A stretch of DNA of 64,000 nt from Dehalococcoidia bacterium (GTDB taxonomy: Bacteria > Chloroflexota > Dehalococcoidia > Lucifugimonadales > Australimonadaceae), in assembly GCA_965248495.1 (NCBI GenBank), contig CBDFJL010000003.1:924852-988851 (forward strand), in the 5' to 3' direction. Positions 58,039 to 64,000 of the stretch are shown here, one piece after another. The notes beneath the pieces were generated by a model. It was given only the letters and a program-made list of their open reading frames with translations, made no database searches and had not been told where the DNA came from. The translations under genes and the position numbers were made by a program. Every line of letters begins with the position of its first letter. The first letter of the stretch is position 1.

Positions 58039-59826
58039 CTAGACCGCGCACTCACCCTCGCCGCGCTCCAGCTTGTAGAGCACGGTCTTGCCCCAGTCCA
58101 TGTAGTAGTCCAGCGTCTCTTTGCCCAGTGGACCGATCTCGCGGAACTCCGAGAGGATGGCCTCAAAAGCGTCATTGCCCGTGCGGTCGACGAAGTCGTT
58201 GAACTCCTCACCATCTCGTCGCTGGTCGCGGTAGTAATCGAGGAGCCGCCGAATGGCACTCGGGACGTGTTTGGAAGGCACCTTGGCCTTGACTCGCTGG
58301 CCGTATTTGAGGCCGCCCCGCTCGTAGGCGCCGCCAAGGTAGACCTCGAAAGCGGGGATCTGGTTGCCCCCGGGCCCTTTGATGGAGGCTCCCTGGAAGC
58401 CGATGTTGGCCAGATGGTGCCTGCCACAGCCGTTGGGGCAGCCGGACGCCTTGATGTGCAGCTTCTTGATGGCCGGGTCTTCCAACAGGTCGTCCCAGTC
58501 CATCAGCGCATCCGTGACCGCCCGGTTCAGGCCCATGGAGGACGTGATGCCGAGCTTGCAGCTATCCGTGCCGGGGCAAGACGTCATGTCGGTGATCGAG
58601 TAGACCTCGGCCTCCGCCAGTCCGATGGCGCCAAGCTCGCGCCATACGGCGTAGAGAGCCCCATCGGGAATCCAGCGCAGCGCCAGGTTCTGCTCGGCGC
58701 TGAGCCCGAAGCTGGCCGAGCCGTGGTCGCGGGTGATCTGGGCGATGGCCCGGAACTGGTCCGCCGTCAGGTCCCCTCGCGGAACCTTCACGTACACCGC
58801 GTTGTAGCCCTCCTGGATTTGCGCGACGACGTTGGTCTTCCGCCAGAGAAGAAACTCCTTGTCCCCGGAGCCCTCCCCGGTGTCCGCCAGGGGAGCCGGA
58901 GGCGTCTCTTGAGCATTTGCCATCAGCGGGCTGGGGTCGAAGCTCCCCTCGTTGGCCCACGGCTTCTCCAGCTCGTCCTCGACCATCTGCCTGACGGCGT
59001 CGATGCCACGCCGGTGAATGAGTACTTTGATCCGCGCCATCATCTTGTTCTGACGCAGCTCGTCGGCGGCATCGAACACCCGGAGGATCGCCTCGGTAAC
59101 CCGCAGGTAGTCCTCGACCGCGACGAACTCGTAGAGCGTTTCGGCGTTCTTGGCGAGGATCGAGGTGCCTCCGCCGACGACCATCTTGAAGCCCCTGTGT
59201 TCGACCCCGTCAATCTCTCGCACGCGCGCCACGAAGCCGAGATCGTGCATCCCCACGATGGCAGGGTCGTGCTCGCCGGAGGAGAAGGCCGTCTTGAACT
59301 TACGCGGCATCGATTGGGCGATGGGGTGCCGCACGAACTTGCGGACGTACGCCACAAGGTAGGGCGTGATGTCAAAGGCCTGCTCCGGGTCGATGCCCAT
59401 CATCGGGTCAGCGTTCACGTTGCGGACCGTGTTCCCGCACGCCTCGCGGGTGGAGAGCCCGGACTCGCCGAGGATGCGCATCACGTTGGGAGCGTCCTCC
59501 AGCGCCACGTGGTGGTACTGGATGTTCTCCCGGGTCGTGATATGCCCCATCTTGAGGGGAGCAAGCTCGTCCGCAATGACCGCCAGCGCGTCCATCTGGT
59601 CTGCCGTTCCCAGCCCTCCGGGCAGCTTGACGCGCACCATTTGCGCATCGGGCTGGCGCTGTCCATAGATGCCCCGCCGCAGACGCCACGGGGTGAACTG
59701 CTTGTCGTCGATCTCACCCGCCCGGAAGCGCTTGGCCTCGACCTCGAACTCCTCGGCCTCGACCGCCAGGTACGGGATGACGCCCTTGGTGTTGTCGACT
59801 AGGCCGGCGTTGCGTGCAATGGCCAT
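58039..59826 (-). CDS. sir: Sulfite/nitrite reductase hemoprotein (ferredoxin-dependent type)
   Basis: Two NIR/SIR repeats are present. The siroheme-[4Fe-4S] Cys cluster reads TSCPGTDSCKLG...ASGCPNGCGRHH. GGAGGG RBS precedes ATG 59826. Confidence 0.9.
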   Translation of the reverse strand: MAIARNAGLVDNTKGVIPYLAVEAEEFEVEAKRFRAGEIDDKQFTPWRLRRGIYGQRQPDAQMVRVKLPGGLGTADQMDALAVIADELAPLKMGHITTRENIQYHHVALEDAPNVMRILGESGLSTREACGNTVRNVNADPMMGIDPEQAFDITPYLVAYVRKFVRHPIAQSMPRKFKTAFSSGEHDPAIVGMHDLGFVARVREIDGVEHRGFKMVVGGGTSILAKNAETLYEFVAVEDYLRVTEAILRVFDAADELRQNKMMARIKVLIHRRGIDAVRQMVEDELEKPWANEGSFDPSPLMANAQETPPAPLADTGEGSGDKEFLLWRKTNVVAQIQEGYNAVYVKVPRGDLTADQFRAIAQITRDHGSASFGLSAEQNLALRWIPDGALYAVWRELGAIGLAEAEVYSITDMTSCPGTDSCKLGITSSMGLNRAVTDALMDWDDLLEDPAIKKLHIKASGCPNGCGRHHLANIGFQGASIKGPGGNQIPAFEVYLGGAYERGGLKYGQRVKAKVPSKHVPSAIRRLLDYYRDQRRDGEEFNDFVDRTGNDAFEAILSEFREIGPLGKETLDYYMDWGKTVLYKLERGEGECAV

Positions 59827-59851
59827 GGTGGACCCTCCGGTCTTGAACAAT

Positions 59852-59900
59852 AAAAAAGCTGCACCCCGGTCCTTTGGCTTCGTAGCCAGCGGGGCGCAGC
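59852..59900 (-). terminator. Leader terminator (attenuator) about 25 nt upstream of the sir start codon
   Basis: On the minus strand, GCUGCGCCCCG...(inner UGGC/GCCA)...CGGGGUGCAGC is followed by UUUUUUAUUGUU. Confidence 0.6.
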
Positions 59901-59923
59901 GCCTAGTGGTTCAGGCGTGCACC

Positions 59924-59959
59924 CTACAGGGGACAGGGACAGCAGCTCAAGAGCGCCAT
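59924..59959 (-). CDS. Cys-rich leader peptide MALLSCCPCPL (11 codons)
   Basis: Reads atg gcg ctc ttg agc TGC TGT ccc TGT ccc ctg tag. The ATG lies 9 nt after the predicted -10 hexamer, so the transcript is essentially leaderless. The stop codon abuts the antiterminator arm GGGUGCA. Confidence 0.55.
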   Translation of the reverse strand: MALLSCCPCPL

Positions 59960-59967
59960 ACAGGGCC

Positions 59968-59997
59968 AAGCTAACACCCGTCGGAGCGGATTGTCAA
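59968..59997 (-). promoter_or_regulatory. Predicted sir promoter
   Basis: On the minus strand, TTGACA (59997-59992), an 18-nt spacer, then TGtTAGCTT (hexamer 59973-59968). Confidence 0.5.
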
Positions 59998-60018
59998 CGC
60001 GCGAGGTCGACAATCCGC
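59986..60018. promoter_or_regulatory. 10-bp perfect inverted repeat GCGGATTGTC-N13-GACAATCCGC overlapping the sir -35
   Basis: The arms lie at 59986-59995 and 60009-60018, in the divergent region between sir and the 60082 gene. Confidence 0.45.
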
Positions 60019-60081
60019 CAGGCCACGGCCTGGGGCACGGGGCTCCGGTGATAGACTGGCGCAGCCCGGATTGGGGGTGTC

Positions 60082-60438
60082 GTGCGGCAGGTCGCCTTCC
60101 TCGTTGGCTTGTTCGGTGCGGCGCTCGCGCTGTTGGGCTCGCTGGTGGCCATATTCGTTGGCGCACTCGGCCTGGTCACCGGCGGGGGGTTCGATGCGGG
60201 GGACCAGGCGTTATTCGGGTTGCTGGCCGTCGGTGCGGCATTGGTTGGCGGCCTCGGCGCGGTCGTCTCGCTCTTTCGGCCTCGGGCCGGTGCGCTGATG
60301 CTTCTGGGCTCGGCGGTGGCCGGGCTCCTCGCGATCCCGACGTACTACATCTTCGGAGCGGTGCTGCTGTTGGTCGGGGCCTTCTTCGCGTACCGCGCAG
60401 ACAGGGAGGCGGGCCGCAGTATCATGGGCGAGCGATGA
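60082..60438 (+). CDS. Small integral membrane protein (four TM, Gly/Ala/Leu-rich)
   Basis: MRQVAFLVGLFGAALALLGSLVAIFVGALGLV.... ATGA overlap with the following chdC-like gene. Confidence 0.6.
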   Translation: MRQVAFLVGLFGAALALLGSLVAIFVGALGLVTGGGFDAGDQALFGLLAVGAALVGGLGAVVSLFRPRAGALMLLGSAVAGLLAIPTYYIFGAVLLLVGAFFAYRADREAGRSIMGER

Positions 60439-61139
60439 CCACCGACGTGACCCCGCAGATCGTGCGCTACGCTTTCTACAAGGCTGACCCGGCCTGGCGC
60501 CGGCTACCGGAGGACGCCCGCTCGCGCAGCAAACGGGAGTTTGCCAGCGTCCTGGCCGAGCTCGAGTCACAATTGACGCTGCGCACCTACAGCCTGATGG
60601 GGATGCGCGCCGACGCCGAGCTGATGGTCTGGTCCGTCAGTGCCGACCTCGAGGGCCAGCAGGTCCTGGCCACCAGCTTGGCCCGCACCGAGCTTGGCGC
60701 CTACTTGGACCTGACCCACTCCTTCCTGGCCATGACGCGGCGCTCCAGGTACATCGACGACCATGGGCACGATGGGCACGAAGGGCCGGAGAGCCGCACG
60801 CGCATAAAGCCCATGGACCGGCCGTACCTGTTCGTCTACCCGTTCGTGAAGACCCACGACTGGTACCAGCTCTCCGGCGAGGAGCGCCAGCGGATGATGG
60901 AGGCGCACTTCACCATCGGCCACCTCTACCCCGAGGTGAAGATTCACACCTCCTACTCGTACGGGCTGGACGACCAAGAGTTCGTGCTCGGGTTCGAGAC
61001 GTCCGAGCCGCAGCGCTTTCTGGAGCTGGTGATGGAGCTGCGGCACGCTGAGCAGCGCCCGTACACCGAGCGGGACGTGCCCATCTTCACCTGCCTGCTG
61101 AAGACCGTCGAGGAGGCGCTCGACGACCTGGGGGGCTGA
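60435..61139 (+). CDS. chdC: Chlorite dismutase family protein, probable coproheme decarboxylase (HemQ/ChdC)
   Basis: YAFYKADPAWRRLPED...YLFVYPFVKTHDWYQLSGEERQRMMEAHFTIG...YSYGLDDQEFVLGFETSEP. Confidence 0.85.
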   Translation: MTTDVTPQIVRYAFYKADPAWRRLPEDARSRSKREFASVLAELESQLTLRTYSLMGMRADAELMVWSVSADLEGQQVLATSLARTELGAYLDLTHSFLAMTRRSRYIDDHGHDGHEGPESRTRIKPMDRPYLFVYPFVKTHDWYQLSGEERQRMMEAHFTIGHLYPEVKIHTSYSYGLDDQEFVLGFETSEPQRFLELVMELRHAEQRPYTERDVPIFTCLLKTVEEALDDLGG

Positions 61140-61268
61140 TGGGGGCCGATGGGAGGCTCCTGGCGGGCGATTGGGAGCCATAAGGCAAGCCCCCGGACAT
61201 TGATGACAACGAAGACGGCCCCGCACACGCGGGGCCGTCTGTTTCGGCGTGAGTGTCGGTGGGGGCCT

Positions 61269-61517
61269 TTAGCCGCGGGCGGCCGTGTAGTCGAAGTCGC
61301 GATTGATCTCGATGTAGTTTTTCCACTGCTCGGGGACCGCGTCTTCGGCGAAGATGGCGGCGACGGGGCATACCGGCTCGCAGGCGGCGCAGTCGATGCA
61401 CTCATTGGGCTCGATGTAGTACATCGTCTCCCCTTCGTAGATACAGTCGACGGGGCACACGTCCACGCAGGAAGCGTCTTTCAAGTCGACACAGGGTTCA
61501 GCAATGATGTACGCCAT
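61269..61517 (-). CDS. fdxA: 7Fe-type ferredoxin
   Basis: MAYIIAEPCVDLKDASCVDVCPVDCIYEG...CIDCAACEPVCP carries the [3Fe-4S] and [4Fe-4S] cysteine patterns. ATG at 61517. Confidence 0.9.
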   Translation of the reverse strand: MAYIIAEPCVDLKDASCVDVCPVDCIYEGETMYYIEPNECIDCAACEPVCPVAAIFAEDAVPEQWKNYIEINRDFDYTAARG

Positions 61518-61578
61518 TGGCTGGAACGTCCTCCTAATGGTTGCGCCGAGGGCTCGTTGGTGCGGTAGTGTACGGCGC

Positions 61579-62055
61579 CTACACGCGCTGTGCAACGGTC
61601 CCGGTGGTCTGCAAAACGGTGCTTGGCCCGCCGGGATTCTTCTTGATGGAGAGGTTCACGAAGGTCTCGGTGCGACGGACGCCGGGTACCGTGCCGACGC
61701 TGGAGCGCAGGAAGGCGGCGAGTTGCTCGGGCGACGGTAGCGCCACCCACAGGAACACGTCGTATGCCCCCGTCGTGATGGCCGCGTATTGCACCTCGGG
61801 GAGCTCGGCCAGCGCATTGGCGACGGGCTCGACCTCGGCGGGATCGACCTGCAGGCCGACCAACGCGGTGGTGCCGCGGCCTAGCTTGGCGGGGTCGGGT
61901 ATGGCGACCACGCGGATGACGCCGTCGCGGACGAGGTTGCGGAACCGGCGCCTAATGGTCCCTTCGCTCACCCCGATCTCGTTGGCCAGCTCGATGTTGG
62001 AAGCGCGGCCGTTGGTCTGTAGGAGATTGATCAATTGGTAGTCTAGTTCGTCCAT
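61579..62055 (-). CDS. lrp: Lrp/AsnC family transcriptional regulator
   Basis: MDELDYQLINLLQTNGRASNIELANEIGVSEGTIRRRFRNL, followed by an AsnC-type ligand-binding domain. Confidence 0.9.
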   Translation of the reverse strand: MDELDYQLINLLQTNGRASNIELANEIGVSEGTIRRRFRNLVRDGVIRVVAIPDPAKLGRGTTALVGLQVDPAEVEPVANALAELPEVQYAAITTGAYDVFLWVALPSPEQLAAFLRSSVGTVPGVRRTETFVNLSIKKNPGGPSTVLQTTGTVAQRV

Positions 62056-62215
62056 TGTGCCTCTTGTAACTATCTCTGTAATTCGCCGCCAGTATAGCGC
62101 TGGTCACCGGATTCGCGCAACAATGCTGCGCTATTCGCTTATAGACCGGCTGAACCGGCTGAACACGTCGCCGGCGCGACCCTCTGATGAGAGCCTGCAC
62201 TCTATTGTCGAATCC

Positions 62216-62245
62216 TTGACTAGAGAATAGGCATCTTGGTAGGCT
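62216..62245 (+). promoter_or_regulatory. Predicted promoter of the HesB/IscA-like gene
   Basis: TTGACT (62216-62221), an 18-nt spacer, then TGgTAGGCT (hexamer 62240-62245). The tandem repeat accggctga-accggctga lies upstream, at about 62145-62162. Confidence 0.45.
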
Positions 62246-62287
62246 GGTTACTAGTCTTCCGATCGCCTCTCAAAGGAGCGAGCCCAT

Positions 62288-62626
62288 ATGATCACCATTA
62301 CCGAGACTGCCGCAGGCAAGCTCAGGGGCATCCTCGAAGAGGAAGGGCAGCACGACGCCGCGTTACGGGTCATCGTGGTCCCCAACGGCCAAGGTGCGCA
62401 GTACATGCTCGCGCTGGAGGATTCGCCTAAGGACGACGACATTGTGATGCACGAGAACGGCGTAAGGGTTGTCGTGGACACCGACAGCGTTCCGCTGTTG
62501 GAGGGCGCCGAGATCGACTACACGGACAGCTTGATGCGTAGCGGCTTCGTGATCAGCAACCCGAACATCGCCCCGACGGGCGGCGGGTGCGCCTGCGGCG
62601 GCAACTGCGGCTGCGGCGCCCACTAG
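62288..62626 (+). CDS. HesB/IscA-like Fe-S cluster insertion protein, atypical Cys pattern
   Basis: ITETAAGKLRGILEEEG...LRVIVVPNGQGAQYMLALED...FVISNPN matches the family. The usual GGCSG cysteine is absent and the C-terminus is GGGCACGGNCGCGAH. Confidence 0.8.
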   Translation: MITITETAAGKLRGILEEEGQHDAALRVIVVPNGQGAQYMLALEDSPKDDDIVMHENGVRVVVDTDSVPLLEGAEIDYTDSLMRSGFVISNPNIAPTGGGCACGGNCGCGAH

Positions 62627-62707
62627 GGCCCAAGCGAACGAAACGCCAGAAGGGGCGGTCCATTGGCCGCCCCTTCTCTTTGCCCTCTTTCGCCGCGAGC
62701 CTGGCGC

Positions 62708-63454
62708 TTAAGTGACCATTGCTGGTGTCTGTCCTTCGTTGCCGACCGGTAGCGTGCCGCCATGGTGCGCGCGGTAGTCCGCCAGTAGCTCGGCGTGACG
62801 GGGCTGCGGCTCGTTGTCGACCTCGAAGGCGAAGTGCGTCGACTCCCAGGTCAGAGCGTTGACATCGTTGCGCCGGTGCGCCCGGAGGTGGCTTCGGAGG
62901 GTGTCACCGCCGTCCTTAGCCCATCCGATGAAGATGGTCTCGGTGCCGCGGTAGAGGACGTAGACTCCGGGCCGGTCCGGGACCCCTCCGACCGCCTCGA
63001 CGGTGAAGGGATAGCGGCGCTCATCCAGTGGGCGCTGGAGTAGGGGTTCTGGCTCCGGCGACAGCTGATGCTCTCTCGCCGCGTACGCCTGGCGAACGGC
63101 GACGCCAAGTTGGCTGAAGGTGAAGGGCTTCGTCAAAAACCCGTCCGCGCCGAGTGACTGTGCCTGGGCGAAGGCTTGGGGCGTGGAGAGGCCGCTGACC
63201 ATCAGCATGCAGGTCCCGGGATTAGCGCCTCGCGCCTCCTGAAGGACCTGAAAGCCGTTTAGGTCGGCCATGCGGATGTCGAGGACGACCAGGTCGAACA
63301 GGCCGACGGCGAGCCAATCGAGCGCCTCGTCGCCGGACCCGGCCTCGATGCAATCGAAGCCGTACCTCTCGAGGAAGACGCTCAGCAGCTCCCGAATGCC
63401 TGGGTCGTCGTCGACAATCAGGGCTGATGACCGCGTGTCGGTATCGATCGTCAT
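62708..63454 (-). CDS. Response-regulator receiver domain fused to a GIY-YIG-like C-terminal domain
   Basis: REC domain: ALIVDDDPGIRELL...DLVVLDIRMADLNG...KPF. C-terminal domain: GVYVLYRGTETIFIGWAKDGGDTLRSHLRAHRRN...FEV. ATG 63454 is preferred over the track's TTG 63466. Confidence 0.7.
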   Translation of the reverse strand: MTIDTDTRSSALIVDDDPGIRELLSVFLERYGFDCIEAGSGDEALDWLAVGLFDLVVLDIRMADLNGFQVLQEARGANPGTCMLMVSGLSTPQAFAQAQSLGADGFLTKPFTFSQLGVAVRQAYAAREHQLSPEPEPLLQRPLDERRYPFTVEAVGGVPDRPGVYVLYRGTETIFIGWAKDGGDTLRSHLRAHRRNDVNALTWESTHFAFEVDNEPQPRHAELLADYRAHHGGTLPVGNEGQTPAMVT

Positions 63455-63583
63455 GACTGTTTCCAAGCGGGCACGCTCGGCAGCCTAGCCCAGCTGAAAA
63501 CACCACTCTATGCCTGGTCCGAGGGAGCGGGCATGTACGGTGGTCGGGGGGTCTGCCCTACTTCCGGGGAAGCCGGAAGTGTG

Positions 63584-64000
63584 CTAAGGGGCGAGCTCGA
63601 CGCGGCGCCCCGTCCTTGCGGACTCGACCATGGCGAGGGTTACCTGGGCGCTGCGCAGGCCATCGATACCACTCGCCGGCGGCTCGGTGCCGTCAGCGAC
63701 GGCCCGGCCGAAGGCCTCCACCTGCCGTGTGTAGAGTGCAATGGGGTCGGTGTCGAAGTGCTGGTGCTCGTCGATGGCATCGGTCGCGACGCGGAGGTCG
63801 CCCTGGAGTACGGTCTCGACGCTGCCGGCCACATTGCCTTTGCCGAGCGATCCGTAGACTGCCACGTCCTGGCTGGGCCAGTCCGGCGTGCGGCGGCTGG
63901 TGGTGACGGTGCCGATGGCGCCGCTCTGGAAGCGCAGTAACAGCGTGATGAGGTGCTCCAGCGGGGTGTCTTGGGAGGCGTCGGTCAAGGCTGAGACCTC
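63584..64000 (-). CDS. Gfo/Idh/MocA-type oxidoreductase, C-terminal part (5' end beyond the window)
   Basis: ...GAIGTVTTSRRTPDWPSQDVAVYGSLG...ALYTRQVEAFGRAVADGTEPPASGIDGLRSAQVTLAMVESARTGRRVEL. The frame stays open to position 64000. Confidence 0.65.
   Translation of the reverse strand, partial: EVSALTDASQDTPLEHLITLLLRFQSGAIGTVTTSRRTPDWPSQDVAVYGSLGKGNVAGSVETVLQGDLRVATDAIDEHQHFDTDPIALYTRQVEAFGRAVADGTEPPASGIDGLRSAQVTLAMVESARTGRRVELAP

Noticed and set aside
59827-59965. A SAM (S-box / SAM-IV) riboswitch or a Cys T-box in the sulfite reductase leader
   Set aside because: I could not find the S-box core or the T-box AGGGTGGTACCGCG sequence; only a weak GGGTGCACGCC resemblance is present. At about 135 nt the leader is too short for a T-box. 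The Cys-rich mini-ORF model explains the alternative helices better.

Overview
This is a high-GC bacterial chromosomal segment, densely coding and mostly housekeeping. The regulatory style (T-box leader, Cheo-type SOS box, HemQ/ChdC, PT-rich lipoprotein linkers, an apparently leaderless transcript) looks Chloroflexota/Thermomicrobia-like or actinobacterium-like, but I cannot verify taxonomy without a search.

Recognisable genes:
- Replication, translation and stress: recG, argS, tyrS, ribF, prmC-prfA, hisS, relA/spoT, rpsT, lexA, htpX.
- Aromatic amino acids: two different-class DAHP synthases, AroH chorismate mutase, trpA.
- Branched-chain amino acids: a T-box-controlled ilvBNC-leuA-leuCD-leuB operon.
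- Copper module: csoR-copA-YHS.
- Others: sulfite reductase, chdC, ferredoxin, lrp, one tRNA-Ser(UGA).
- I saw no rRNA, CRISPR array or intact transposase.

Signals that the ORF track hides:
1. Three genes carry an in-frame UGA exactly where their families have a redox cysteine. They are two DUF3179 paralogs (UxxC replacing CPLC) and an Rdx/SelW-like protein (CxxU). Each has a small hairpin 13-15 nt downstream whose loop contains GGU. One DUF3179 gene sits directly upstream of a TlpA-like CPPC lipoprotein, which suggests an extracytoplasmic Sec/Cys redox pair.
2. An 11-codon, apparently leaderless Cys-rich leader ORF (MALLSCCPCPL) with mutually exclusive antiterminator and terminator helices lies upstream of sulfite reductase.
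3. A 39-codon ORF with an aromatic-rich C-terminus is start/stop-coupled between chorismate mutase and the DAHP synthases.
4. The 10.4-17.6 kb stretch looks accessory. It holds a tRNA 3'-end-like fragment, an ECF sigma module, a surface-protein operon with a homopolymer frameshift, a serine-recombinase remnant and REP-like repeats.

All family names are from memory of motifs. No database was consulted.
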